Below, one piece after another: positions 18,079 through 27,780 of a stretch of DNA of 64,000 nt. The stretch lies in assembly GCA_050174015.1 (NCBI GenBank), contig JBFXKG010000005.1:64001-128000 (forward strand). The letters are read 5' to 3'. The stretch is from Candidatus Krumholzibacteriia bacterium (GTDB lineage: Bacteria > Krumholzibacteriota > Krumholzibacteriia > LZORAL124-64-63). The translations under genes were made by a program, and so were the position numbers. The number at the start of each line of letters is the position of its first letter. The first letter of the stretch is position 1. A model generated the notes under the pieces. That model ran no database searches. It was not told the DNA's origin and saw nothing but the letters and a program-made list of their open reading frames with translations.

Positions 18079-20874
18079 ATGGACATTTCTCAAGTTCTCG
18101 ATCGGGTTGAAAAAATCAGCCAGACCCTGGTGATGGCCGATCCTGGGGATCCCGACCTCCCGACGAACCTGGCCGAAAGCTTCGGCGAATTGTCGGCGGT
18201 CCTGATGGAGATGGGCCGGGACCGCGAGGCGGATGCCTGCCGCCAGGCGGCCGGCGCGGCCGTGGGGATGGCTCCAGGGACGCCTGATTTCCCCCAGATC
18301 ATCGAATTCCTGGGAGAGATGATCAACGCCCTGCTTTCCTGCCTGAGCGGCGATTGTCGTGCTGACGACGGGTTCTTCCCGGACCCGGACGCGATCGACC
18401 GGGCCGGAGAATCGGCGCCCGTGCGGGGGGCTCCCGCCTCCTGCCCCGTGGCCGAGACCGGAGAACTGGCGGACGAGGCGATCCTGGGTGAGTTCCTCTC
18501 CCGGCAGGCCGACACCCTGATCGACGTGGAGAAGGAACTCCTGAACATGGAGGCTTCGGGGGGAGCGGGAGACACCGAAGGCATCCTGCGCTACCTGCAC
18601 ACCCTCAAGGGCGAGTCCGCCCTGCTGGGCCTCACCGACGTCTCCGACCTCTGCCACGCCACCGAGGACCTCATCCAGAACGAGGGTTTCGCCGCCTGCA
18701 TCGACCGTCTCCTGGACATCAAGGACTGGCTCATCGCCCGTTTCCGGCACATGGTCGAGGGTGGGGATGCTCCCCCGCCGGCCAGGGATTTCTGGGCGGC
18801 CCTGAACCATCCGCAGCCGGCCGCAGGCGGGGAATCCGCGGGCGCCGAGGAGGAACCGGCGGCGTCGGAATCCGCCGAACCGGTCGCCCCGATCACCCTC
18901 GACGAGGCTCCCCCGGTCCAGGTGCCGGATTACACCGGGAAGAACCTGCTCGAAGGCGACGTGGATCTCATCCAGGATTTCGTGGAGGAGGCCCACGAGC
19001 ACCTCAACGCCTCCGAGGGCCATCTGCTGACCCTGGAGGCGGATCCCCGGGAGACCGAGGCGCTCAACGCCGTCTTCCGGGCCTTCCACACCATCAAGGG
19101 ACTGGCTGGGTTCATCGAACTGGACCACGTCAGGGACATGGCCCACAAGGCGGAGAACCTGCTGGACATGGCCCGCCGCCAGGAGATCGCCCTGGTGGGC
19201 GGGAACATGGACCTGGTGTTCGAGTCGGTCGACATGATGAAGCGGTTGATCGAGGGGGTCACCGCGGCGATGGGGGCGGACGGACACCTGGAGACCGTGG
19301 AGACCCTGCCGACCCTCATGGGCCGGCTGGTCGCGGTCACCGAACCCGGCTTGGATGCGGCGGCCCGGGCGCAGGCCCCGGCCCCGGAACCCGAGCCGGA
19401 ACCGGTGCAGGCTGCCGCGCCCGCGGCGCCGAAGACCAGCGGATTCATCCCCCTGGGCAACATGAAGAAACCCAAGGCGACGGCCACCGTGGACAAGGCT
19501 CCGGCGGGCATGGCTCCGGCGGGGGCCGGGATCCCGACCGCGGCGGCGGCGGAGGCCCCGGATGCCCCGAATGCGCCAGGCGACGATGCGCCCAGGGCGG
19601 GGGCCGCCAAGGCGCCGGTCAAGATGAAGGAAGCGGTTCGGGTCGATGCCGACCGCCTCGACCGCCTGATCGAGACCATCGGCGAGCTGGTCATCGCCGA
19701 GTCCATGGTCAGCCAGTCCGGGGAGCTCCAGGGCAAGCTGTCGGTCAAGCTGGCCAAGGATCTCGATCACCTGGACAAGATCTGCAGGGAGCTGCAGGAG
19801 ATCGGCATGTCCCTGCGCATGGTGCCGGTCAAACCGGTGTTCCAGAAGATGGCCCGCCTGGTCCGGGACCTGTCCAAGAAGCAGGGACGGCAGGTGGAAT
19901 TCGTCATGAGCGGCGAGGACACCGAGCTCGACAAGAACGTGGTGGACAAGATCGGCGATCCCCTGGTGCACATGGTCCGCAACGCGGTGGATCACGGCAT
20001 CGAGGCCGACCCCGGGGACCGCGTGGCCGCCGGCAAGCCCGAGCGCGGCCTGGTCCAGCTGCGGTCCTACCACAAGGGCGGCAACATCTGCATCGAGATC
20101 GAGGACGACGGCAGGGGGCTGGACAAGGATGCCATCCAGGCCAAGGCCATCAGCCGCGGCCTGATCCGCGAAGGGGAGTCCCTGACCGACCGGGAGATCT
20201 TCAACCTCATCTTCGAGCCGGGCTTCTCCACGGCAAAGCAGGTCACCGAGATCTCGGGTCGCGGGGTGGGGATGGACGTCGTGCGCCGCGGCATCGAGGA
20301 ACTGAGGGGGACGGTCGACATCAGCTCGACTCCGGGCAAGGGCTCGGTCTTCAGCATCCGGCTGCCCCTGACCCTGGCCATCATCGAGGGCATGGTGGTG
20401 ATGGTCGGCGGGGAGCATTTCATCATCCCGACCCTGACCGTGGTCCGGCTGATCCGGCCCAGGCCCCAGGACATCACCTACGTGTTCGACCGCGGCGAGA
20501 TGCTGGCTTTCGAGGGCCAGCTCCTGCCCCTGTTCCGGTTGAGCAACCTGTTCAGCGTGAGCGAGGTGCGGGAGCGTCCCGAAGACGCGGTCGTCGTGGT
20601 GGTCGAGGATGAGGGTCGCAAGATCGGCCTGCTGGCCGACGAATTGCTGGGCCAGCAGTCCATCGTGATCAAGAGCCTCGGCGAAAGGCTCCAGGGAACC
20701 GATGGGGTGGCCGGAGGGGCGATCATGTCCGACGGCAACGTGGCCCTGATCCTGGACATCGCCGGGATCGTGCGGGTGGCTCACGCGGTGGATACGACCC
20801 GCCGCCCGGGGCACCCCGCTGCGGCGGTTCTGGAAGCGGCGGCCCCGGCTCCCGAGGTTGTCCCGGCCGTCTAG
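18079..20874 (+). CDS. cheA: Chemotaxis histidine kinase CheA with two Hpt (P1) domains
   Basis: 'HTLKG' and 'HTIKG' Hpt motifs; 'VRVD..RLD.L', 'HMVRNAVDHG', 'DDGRG', 'GFST', 'GRGVGMDVV'; C-terminal CheW domain. Confidence 0.95.
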   Translation: MDISQVLDRVEKISQTLVMADPGDPDLPTNLAESFGELSAVLMEMGRDREADACRQAAGAAVGMAPGTPDFPQIIEFLGEMINALLSCLSGDCRADDGFFPDPDAIDRAGESAPVRGAPASCPVAETGELADEAILGEFLSRQADTLIDVEKELLNMEASGGAGDTEGILRYLHTLKGESALLGLTDVSDLCHATEDLIQNEGFAACIDRLLDIKDWLIARFRHMVEGGDAPPPARDFWAALNHPQPAAGGESAGAEEEPAASESAEPVAPITLDEAPPVQVPDYTGKNLLEGDVDLIQDFVEEAHEHLNASEGHLLTLEADPRETEALNAVFRAFHTIKGLAGFIELDHVRDMAHKAENLLDMARRQEIALVGGNMDLVFESVDMMKRLIEGVTAAMGADGHLETVETLPTLMGRLVAVTEPGLDAAARAQAPAPEPEPEPVQAAAPAAPKTSGFIPLGNMKKPKATATVDKAPAGMAPAGAGIPTAAAAEAPDAPNAPGDDAPRAGAAKAPVKMKEAVRVDADRLDRLIETIGELVIAESMVSQSGELQGKLSVKLAKDLDHLDKICRELQEIGMSLRMVPVKPVFQKMARLVRDLSKKQGRQVEFVMSGEDTELDKNVVDKIGDPLVHMVRNAVDHGIEADPGDRVAAGKPERGLVQLRSYHKGGNICIEIEDDGRGLDKDAIQAKAISRGLIREGESLTDREIFNLIFEPGFSTAKQVTEISGRGVGMDVVRRGIEELRGTVDISSTPGKGSVFSIRLPLTLAIIEGMVVMVGGEHFIIPTLTVVRLIRPRPQDITYVFDRGEMLAFEGQLLPLFRLSNLFSVSEVRERPEDAVVVVVEDEGRKIGLLADELLGQQSIVIKSLGERLQGTDGVAGGAIMSDGNVALILDIAGIVRVAHAVDTTRRPGHPAAAVLEAAAPAPEVVPAV

Positions 20875-20942
20875 TCGCGAGGGGATCGAACCGGGAACAT
20901 CCCCGGATTTGAACGGGCGCGGAGGCGCCGAATCGGAGGTTC

Positions 20943-21446
20943 ATGATGGCAGTCGAGAGCGCAGTCGCCAGGATCGCCCAGGCGGGAAAGTACCTGTCGT
21001 TCAAGCTGGGCGGCGAGGAGTACGGGCTGGAGATCCTCAAGGTCCAGGAGATCAACGGGATGATGGGGATCACCAGGGTGCCCCGGACTCCGGAATTCGT
21101 GCGGGGCGTCATCAACCTCAGGGGCCGGGTGATCCCCATCGTGAGTCTGAGGTCCAAGTTCCGCATGCCCCAGATCGAGGACACGGAGAAGACCTGCATC
21201 ATCGTGGTCCAGGTCCGGCACGGCGACTCGGAGATCACCATGGGCATCATCGTGGACGAGGTCTCCGAGGTCCTGAACATCTCCGAGAGCCAGATCGAAG
21301 GCCCGCCCAGCTTCGGCGGTGGCATGGAGGACGCGAACTACATCACGGGCATGGGCAAGCTCGATGACCATGTGGTCATCCTGCTGGATCTGGACGCCGT
21401 GCTCAGCGGTGAGGACATGGAAGGCATCGCCCAGGTCGCCCAGTAG
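20943..21446 (+). CDS. cheW: CheW scaffold
   Basis: 'YLSF.LG.EEYG..I..VQEI', 'GVINLRG..IP', 'G.IVD.V.EV'. Confidence 0.95.
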   Translation: MMAVESAVARIAQAGKYLSFKLGGEEYGLEILKVQEINGMMGITRVPRTPEFVRGVINLRGRVIPIVSLRSKFRMPQIEDTEKTCIIVVQVRHGDSEITMGIIVDEVSEVLNISESQIEGPPSFGGGMEDANYITGMGKLDDHVVILLDLDAVLSGEDMEGIAQVAQ

Positions 21447-21472
21447 GGGCGGAGGGCGCCAATGCGAAGAGG

Positions 21473-22360
21473 ATGGGCGTGATTCTAACGGGTGGGAACC
21501 GGCCGGCAATGGGGCATTCGGGGGTGGCGATCCGGGGCATCGACCCGCGCCAGTTCGAGTTCATCAGGAACCGGCTCTACGAGCAGACCGGGATCGTGTT
21601 GACCGGGCGCAAGCGGGCCCTGGTGGAGTCGCGCATCACCCAGCGTCTGCGGGTGCTGGGGCTGGAGGATTTCGCTTCCTACCTGGACTACCTGCGCCGG
21701 GACTCCGGCGGCGAGGAGCTCGTCCATCTCATCGATGTGATCTCGACCAACGTGACCCATTTCTTCCGGGAGGCCGACCACTTCCGGTTGATCAGGGGGC
21801 TCACGGAGCAATGGCTGGACCAGGGAGCGAACCGGCTCCGGTTCTGGTCGGCCGCCTGTTCCACCGGGGAGGAGCCCTATTCCCTGGCGATGGCGCTGCA
21901 GCCCTTCCTGGCCCGGGCCGGCACGGACATCAGGATCCTGGCCACGGACATCAGCACCAGGGTCCTGGCCCACGCCCGGGCGGGGGTCTTCGACGCCGAG
22001 AGGCTGGAAACGGTGCCCGAATCCCTGCGCCGGCGCCATTTCATAAGGGAGCCGGGGAGCGCGGGGGACCGCTACGCGGTCACCGAGGATCTCAAACGGC
22101 TGGTGATGTTCCACCGGCTCAACTTCACACGGATGCCATATCCCATCAGGGGTTCCTTCGATCTGATCATGTGCCGGAACGCCATGATCTACTTCGACAG
22201 GACGCTGCGCGAGAAGATGGTGGAGGAGTTCGCGCGATTGCTGAAACCGGGCGGTTTCCTGATGGTGGGACATGCGGAGACCCTCATCGGCATGGAGAAG
22301 TCCTTCAGGACGGTCCGCCCCTCCGTTTATCAACGCATCAGTACTGGAGAGAACGGTTGA
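21473..22360 (+). CDS. cheR: CheR methyltransferase
   Basis: 'TNVTHFFRE', 'WSAACSTGEEPYSLA', 'ATDI', 'CRNAMIYF'. Start may lie about 36 nt downstream. Confidence 0.95.
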   Translation: MGVILTGGNRPAMGHSGVAIRGIDPRQFEFIRNRLYEQTGIVLTGRKRALVESRITQRLRVLGLEDFASYLDYLRRDSGGEELVHLIDVISTNVTHFFREADHFRLIRGLTEQWLDQGANRLRFWSAACSTGEEPYSLAMALQPFLARAGTDIRILATDISTRVLAHARAGVFDAERLETVPESLRRRHFIREPGSAGDRYAVTEDLKRLVMFHRLNFTRMPYPIRGSFDLIMCRNAMIYFDRTLREKMVEEFARLLKPGGFLMVGHAETLIGMEKSFRTVRPSVYQRISTGENG

Positions 22361-22878
22361 GCACCTTGACGACAACCCAGAGGACGGTGGTCCGTCCCCG
22401 GCACACCCTCATGGTCGACATCAGCGACATGAAGTTGAGCCGGGATCCGGACGACGTCCTGGTGACCTACTCCCTGGGATCCTGCGTGGGCTTGACCCTG
22501 TACGATCCGGTGGCGGTGGTGGGGGGCATGATCCATTGCATGCTGCCCATGTCCAAGATCGATCCGGACAAGGCCAGGCTGAGGCCCTACATGTTCGTCG
22601 ACACCGGGGTGGCGGCCATGCTGGGCGAGCTCTACGCCATGGGGGCGCAGCGCCAGAACCTCATCGCCAAGGTGGCGGGAGCAGGTTCCCCGCTGGGTCG
22701 GGAGGAGACCTTCCGCATCGGCCAGCGCAACTACACCATCCTGCGCAAGTTTTTGTGGAAGAACAACATCCTCATCGACAAGGAGGATGTCGGGGGCAGC
22801 AAGGCCCGCACGCTCTACCTCTACATGGCCGACGGCCGCACCACGGTCAAGTCGGAGGGAAAGGAGGTGGAGTTGTGA
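22357..22878 (+). CDS. cheD: CheD receptor deamidase
   Basis: 'TYSLGSCVG', 'HCMLP', 'AKVAG', 'IGQRN', 'EDVGG..AR'; TTGA overlap with cheR. Confidence 0.9.
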   Translation: MSTLTTTQRTVVRPRHTLMVDISDMKLSRDPDDVLVTYSLGSCVGLTLYDPVAVVGGMIHCMLPMSKIDPDKARLRPYMFVDTGVAAMLGELYAMGAQRQNLIAKVAGAGSPLGREETFRIGQRNYTILRKFLWKNNILIDKEDVGGSKARTLYLYMADGRTTVKSEGKEVEL

Positions 22879-23765
22879 CGGACAAGAAGATCATCCTGGC
22901 CAAGGTCAAGAACGTGCCCTCGTTGCCGTCGGTGGTCATCAAGCTGCGCCAGTACCTCAACGATCCGGACGTGAGCTTCGACCAGCTGGCCAAGGTCATC
23001 GAATACGATCCCGGTCTGACGGCGAACGTCCTGCAGCTGGCCAATTCCGCCTATTTCGGCTGGTCGCGCACGATCAGGACGGTCAAGGAGGCCATCACCC
23101 GGCTGGGCACCAACCGGATCTTCCAGATGGTGCTCTGCATGTCGGTGGCCCCCCTGGTCCGCAAGCCCATCCGGGGCTACGATCTCGATTCCACCGATCT
23201 GTGGGAGCATTCCATCGCAACGGCCATCTGCGCGGAGCAGCTGGCCCAGGCCCTCGCGCTCCGGGACGTCGAGGAGGCCTTCACCGCGGGCCTGCTGCAC
23301 GACATGGGCAAGATCGTGCTGGGGACCTTCATCGAGGTGGACGACGAGCCCATCAAGGAGATCGTCGAGAAGGACCACCTGTCCTTCAACGAGGCCGAGA
23401 TGATGGTGCTGGGCATCGATCACGCCGAGGTGGCCGGGGAGCTGCTGAAGGCCTGGAACCTGCCTGACGAGGTGGTCGCCGCGGCGCGCTGGCACCACGC
23501 GCCCAGCCGCTGCGGGGAGGAGCACCAGGTCATCTGCGACCTGATCCACGTGGCCGACGTGCTCTGCCTGAACATGGGGTGGGGGCTCGGGGTGGACGGC
23601 CTCCAGTACCGGTACGACGAACGGTCCGGGTCGAGGCTCGGCATGAAATCCCAGACCGCAGAGGCGGTCATGAGCCGGGTCATGCTCGGCGTCGATGACC
23701 TCAGGACCCTGTTCCAGCCAAAGAGAGAGGGTGAGCCAAATGGCGTTCAATATTCTCATCGTTGA
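22875..23765 (+). CDS. HDOD-domain protein
   Basis: 'PSLP', 'DPGLTANVLQLANSAYFG', 'AITRLG', 'LWEHS', 'GLLHDMGK', 'GIDHAE'; GTGA overlap. Confidence 0.9.
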   Translation: MTDKKIILAKVKNVPSLPSVVIKLRQYLNDPDVSFDQLAKVIEYDPGLTANVLQLANSAYFGWSRTIRTVKEAITRLGTNRIFQMVLCMSVAPLVRKPIRGYDLDSTDLWEHSIATAICAEQLAQALALRDVEEAFTAGLLHDMGKIVLGTFIEVDDEPIKEIVEKDHLSFNEAEMMVLGIDHAEVAGELLKAWNLPDEVVAAARWHHAPSRCGEEHQVICDLIHVADVLCLNMGWGLGVDGLQYRYDERSGSRLGMKSQTAEAVMSRVMLGVDDLRTLFQPKREGEPNGVQYSHR

Positions 23766-24129
23766 CGACTCGGCCACGGTTCGGGCGGTCATCAGCAAGG
23801 CCCTGAAGCTCGCCGAGGTGCCCATCAACGAGCTCTACCAGGCCGGCAACGGCCGGGAAGCCCTGGACGCCCTTCAGAAGGGCTGGATCGACCTGGTGTT
23901 CTGCGACATCAGCATGCCCGTCATGGACGGGGAACAGCTTGTGGAGGCCATGAAGGCGAACGGGATGATCGAGACCATTCCGGTGGTGATCGTCTCTTCG
24001 GCCGGCAGCGAACCGCGGGTCGCCAGGCTCAGGGAAAACGGAGTGCGCGACTACATCCAGAAACCGTTCACTCCCGAACGGATCCGGGAAGTCGTGGACC
24101 AGGTCATGGGAGCGGTTGGACATGCATAG
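23740..24129 (+). CDS. CheY-like response regulator
   Basis: 'ILIVDDS', 'DISMPVMDG', 'KPF'. Confidence 0.9.
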   Translation: MAFNILIVDDSATVRAVISKALKLAEVPINELYQAGNGREALDALQKGWIDLVFCDISMPVMDGEQLVEAMKANGMIETIPVVIVSSAGSEPRVARLRENGVRDYIQKPFTPERIREVVDQVMGAVGHA

Positions 24130-24583
24130 CGACAAGCAGGACGCACTCTGCACCACCTTCCTCGAGGTGGTGGAGCACCTGACCTTCATGTTCGGGGAGA
24201 TCGTGCCCAAGCAGGAGATGCCGCTGGGCGGCAGGGATTTCACGCTGGCCAGGATGTCCTTCGCCGGCGACCTGGCGGGCAGACTGGCGGTGGCCGTCCC
24301 CGCGGACATCAAGGGGGAGATCACGGCCAACATCCTGGGCCTGGATCCGGACGACCTCCAGTGCCGGACCATGATGGACGACGCCCTGGCCGAGATGCTC
24401 AACGTGGTCTGCGGGCACGTCATCATGGCGCTCGCCGGCGCCGAGGCGGATTTCAAGCTGGTGACACCGGAAACCCTGGACCTCGCCCCGGAGAACGTGG
24501 CCTCCCTGGTGGACAGCGACGATTTCGTCGGATTCATGCTGGACGACAATCCGGTGTTCCTCGGCCTCAGTCTGGAGGATTGA
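24122..24583 (+). CDS. cheX: CheX-like phosphatase
   Basis: 'ALAEMLNVVCG' E-x-x-N motif, within the chemotaxis operon. Confidence 0.75.
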   Translation: MHSDKQDALCTTFLEVVEHLTFMFGEIVPKQEMPLGGRDFTLARMSFAGDLAGRLAVAVPADIKGEITANILGLDPDDLQCRTMMDDALAEMLNVVCGHVIMALAGAEADFKLVTPETLDLAPENVASLVDSDDFVGFMLDDNPVFLGLSLED

Positions 24584-24584
24584 T

Positions 24585-25637
24585 GTGAAACCCATCCGGG
24601 TCCTCATCATCGACGATTCCCCCACAGTGAGGGCCCTCATCAGGCGGGGTCTGTCGGGCGCCGAGGGCATCGAGGTGGTCGGGGTCGCTCCCAACCCCTA
24701 CGTGGCGAGGGACATGATCGTCAAGGATCCCCCCGACGTGGTCACGCTCGACCTGGAGATGCCGCGCATGGACGGGCTGACGTTCCTGCGCAAGCTCATG
24801 AGCCATTACCCCCTGCCGGTGGTGGTCATCTCGACGCTGACCCGCGCGGGCAGCCTCAAGGTCCAGGAGGCCCTCGAGGCGGGCGCCGTCGAGGTGGTCG
24901 GCAAGAACCTCACGAGCGAGGGGACCCAGGCCCTCATGCTCGAGATCGTGCGCAAGGTCCGGGCCGCCGCCGGGGCCAGGGTCCAGAGCAGGCCGCTCGG
25001 CCACCGGAGTCCCGGCGCGGAGAGTTCCCCGCGGCCCCTGGCCAGGGTGGGATGCCCCGCCGACCGCCTGCTGGCCATCGGGGCCAGCACCGGCGGAACC
25101 CAGGCGCTCACGGCCATCCTGAGCCGGTTGCCGGAGGACATCCCCGGAACCCTCATCGTCCAGCACATGCCGCCCGGTTTCACCGCCCAGTTCGCGGCGA
25201 ACCTCGACCGCATCTGCCCGATGGAGGTGCGCGAGGCCAGGACGGGCGACGTCCTGCAGCCCGGTCTGGCGCTGATCGCGCCGGGCGACCGCCACCTGCT
25301 GCTGGCCAGAAAGGGCGGACGCCTGATGGTGGAGCTGCGCAACGGGCCGCGGGTGAGCGGTCACAAGCCTTCGGTGGACGTCCTGTTCCGCACGGCGGCC
25401 GATCACGCGGGCGGCAAGGCCCTGGGGGTCATCCTGACCGGGATGGGCAAGGACGGGGCCGAGGGGCTGAAGCTGATGCACGACCGGGGCGCCCACACCA
25501 TCGCCCAGGACGAATCCAGCTGCATCGTCTACGGGATGCCGCGGGAAGCCGTCGAACTGGGAGCCGCCACCGAGATCGTGAGGCTGGACCGGATCCCGGA
25601 GGCCATCTGCCGGGCCCTGGCCGCGGTTCCCGTCTGA
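24585..25637 (+). CDS. cheB: CheB methylesterase with receiver domain
   Basis: Receiver domain plus 'GASTGG', 'QHMP', 'PSVDVLF', 'LTGMGKDGA'. Confidence 0.95.
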   Translation: MKPIRVLIIDDSPTVRALIRRGLSGAEGIEVVGVAPNPYVARDMIVKDPPDVVTLDLEMPRMDGLTFLRKLMSHYPLPVVVISTLTRAGSLKVQEALEAGAVEVVGKNLTSEGTQALMLEIVRKVRAAAGARVQSRPLGHRSPGAESSPRPLARVGCPADRLLAIGASTGGTQALTAILSRLPEDIPGTLIVQHMPPGFTAQFAANLDRICPMEVREARTGDVLQPGLALIAPGDRHLLLARKGGRLMVELRNGPRVSGHKPSVDVLFRTAADHAGGKALGVILTGMGKDGAEGLKLMHDRGAHTIAQDESSCIVYGMPREAVELGAATEIVRLDRIPEAICRALAAVPV

Positions 25638-25660
25638 CTTCCGGAATCGTGCAGGTCGAC

Positions 25661-25689
25661 AGGGGGGTCCGACTTCGGTCGGACCCCTT
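25661..25689. terminator. Hairpin terminator between convergent chemotaxis operons
   Basis: GGGGTCCGAC-TTCG-GTCGGACCCC (cUUCGg tetraloop). Confidence 0.75.
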
Positions 25690-25708
25690 CCCTAGCCGGG
25701 AACGGTGA

Positions 25709-26191
25709 TCAGGGAGTGATGATGGTCAGGGTGGCGGTTCCGAAGTCCGTCTCCCCCACGTAGTCCACCCGCTTGCCGGGATTGCGGACCCAGCCCACGA
25801 AGTCGTCGGGTCCGGGCACCTGGTAGGGGAAGGTGGCGGTGGGGGCGACGTGAGGGTTCAGTTCGATGTTGTTGAAGAGGGTCCTCATGTTGTTGATGAC
25901 CTCGGTGACGGCCTCGATCACCGGCTCGGACGCCTTGCCCGCCTTCTTCTGGTCCATCGCCGTCGCCTTGGGCAGCATGATGAGGTTGCCGCCGATGTAA
26001 AGAGTGGCCGCCAGGTCGGTCAGGACCGCCCCCTCGACCTTGTTGTCCCGCCCCTGCAGGAAGGTGATGTAGGCGCCCTTCTCGGGATTCAGCAGATCCC
26101 AGCCCTGGCCTTCCTTGAGAACCGGCTTTTCCCCGATGAGCAGTTCGACCAGGTCGAGGACTTCCTTGGGGGACGGCAACGTCAGCGTCAT
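25709..26191 (-). CDS. CheC/CheX-like protein
   Basis: 'AVTEVINN' E-x-x-N motif; last gene of the CheY/CheX operon. Confidence 0.5.
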   Translation of the reverse strand: MTLTLPSPKEVLDLVELLIGEKPVLKEGQGWDLLNPEKGAYITFLQGRDNKVEGAVLTDLAATLYIGGNLIMLPKATAMDQKKAGKASEPVIEAVTEVINNMRTLFNNIELNPHVAPTATFPYQVPGPDDFVGWVRNPGKRVDYVGETDFGTATLTIITP

Positions 26192-26194
26192 GGC

Positions 26195-27259
26195 CTAGCC
26201 TTCCTGCCAGATGAGGATGACATGGGCCTCGAGATCGTCCGGTCCGCGAACGGTCTGGGCCATGCCCTGGATGCCGCTGGCGAAGAACTCGATGCAGCTC
26301 CTGCCCTCCATGAACAGGGGCAGGCCGAGCTGGATCTTCTGGCCGGCGGCGGCGCGGCTGGACTTCATCACCCCGGCGGCGACGTTGGCGATCTCGCCCA
26401 GGGCGTCGGCCATGTCCTCCATGGCCGGATCCTCGTCGGACTCCATCGCGAACAGGCTCCGGGTGAGCCCCTTGCTGCCCAGCTTGTTGCACATGACCGC
26501 GAGTTGCCAGCTGCCCGTCTCCGAGGTCAGGGCGATGCTGCTTCCGTAATCGACCTCCGCCTGGCGGGGATCCGAGGGATTGGCATCGACCTGGAGCTCG
26601 AGATCCATCTGGATGCGGCAGGTCTCCACGACGGCGTTGACGGCCTCCTGGAGCACCTCGGCCGGCACGTAGTGCCCGCTGCCGGCGACCGCGTTCTCGA
26701 TAGCGTTAGACATGGGAAAGATCCCTCCGGCATCTGTGCCGTTCTGCCAGCTGAGGACGACCTGGAGTTTCCTCCCGTCAGGGGTCCTCATCGGCTGGGA
26801 TACGGCGTTCACTCCTCTGGGAAAGTACTGGATCCAACCGCTGCCCCGGATGAACAGGGGCAGGCCGAGCTGGTAGTTCTCGCCTTTCGGCTCCCGCTTC
26901 GCCTTCCAGACTCCGGCCGCGACGTTGGGGATCTCGTTCATCGCATCGCCGAGATCCTCCATGGGGACGTCTGCATCGTCCTCGAGCGCGAACAGGATCC
27001 GGGTCAGATCCCTGGCGGTCTCCTCGGGGAAGGCGCAGGCGTACTGGAAGTTGATCTTCTCGCTGGTCAGCGCCACGGTGCCGCCGAAGATGACCCCGCC
27101 GGGGTCGGGGGCGCCGGGCATGCCGTCGAGCGCCAGGTCGATCCCGAACTGGACGGAGAAGGTTTCCCGGATGCTTTCCACGGCGTCGCGCAGGGCGTCG
27201 AGCTTGGTGCCGATGTCCTGGGGATTGGCGATGTCCCGTTTCCGCAGCAGTAGGGTCAC
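26195..27259 (-). CDS. Tandem double CheX-domain protein
   Basis: Two repeats, 'DAMNEIPNVAAG...QLGLPLF' and 'DALGEIANVAAG...QLGLPLF'. GTG start overlaps the upstream stop. Confidence 0.75.
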   Translation of the reverse strand: MTLLLRKRDIANPQDIGTKLDALRDAVESIRETFSVQFGIDLALDGMPGAPDPGGVIFGGTVALTSEKINFQYACAFPEETARDLTRILFALEDDADVPMEDLGDAMNEIPNVAAGVWKAKREPKGENYQLGLPLFIRGSGWIQYFPRGVNAVSQPMRTPDGRKLQVVLSWQNGTDAGGIFPMSNAIENAVAGSGHYVPAEVLQEAVNAVVETCRIQMDLELQVDANPSDPRQAEVDYGSSIALTSETGSWQLAVMCNKLGSKGLTRSLFAMESDEDPAMEDMADALGEIANVAAGVMKSSRAAAGQKIQLGLPLFMEGRSCIEFFASGIQGMAQTVRGPDDLEAHVILIWQEG

Positions 27260-27618
27260 GATATGAAAGCCCCCAGGACCTGGCCCATGTCCTCGGCCGT
27301 GAAGGGCTTGGCCAGCAGGAACATGGCGCCGCCCTCGGTGGCCAGGTCGACCATCTCCTTGGTGCTTTCGGAGGTCACGAACCCGAAGGGGATCTCCAGC
27401 CCCTCCGCGTTCATGGCGGCCAGGAACTCGATCCCGGTCATTTCGGGCATGTGCCAGTCCGAAAGTATCAGGTCGGGCTTCTGCGCCTTGACGACGTCCA
27501 GGGCCTCCTTGCCGTTCTCGGCCTCGACGATCTCGTGACCCTCGAAACCGGCCTGGCGGATGGTCCTGGCGACAATGCGGCGCATGGCGCGGGAATCGTC
27601 TACGACCAGAATTTTCAT
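27256..27618 (-). CDS. CheY-like response regulator
   Basis: 'MKILVVDDS', 'SDWHMPEMTG', 'KPF'. Confidence 0.9.
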   Translation of the reverse strand: MKILVVDDSRAMRRIVARTIRQAGFEGHEIVEAENGKEALDVVKAQKPDLILSDWHMPEMTGIEFLAAMNAEGLEIPFGFVTSESTKEMVDLATEGGAMFLLAKPFTAEDMGQVLGAFIS

Positions 27619-27709
27619 GCTCCACTCCTTGAATCCGGTTGCGTCGTCACGGCGCATCCCTGAAAGGACATCGACGGGACGGGCCGGAAGACGCATTCCT
27701 GTAGGGGAT

Positions 27710-27736
27710 TGATCGGTCGGAGGGGCAAGAGCTTGA
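27710..27736 (-). promoter_or_regulatory. Putative sigma28 (FliA) promoter
   Basis: TCAAG-N14-ACCGATCA on the minus strand, upstream of the CheY/CheX operon. Confidence 0.45.
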
Positions 27737-27780
27737 CGATTTTCTTCGGCCTGGATCCTGCCCGGCCCATGGGGCCGGAT

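Noticed and set aside
17827..20814. 995-aa antisense ORF and similar long shadow ORFs (e.g. 40983-42779 part, 10097-12157, 38920-40860)
   Set aside because: They overlap well-supported genes. Long stop-free alternative frames are expected with high GC3, and they contain no recognisable motifs.
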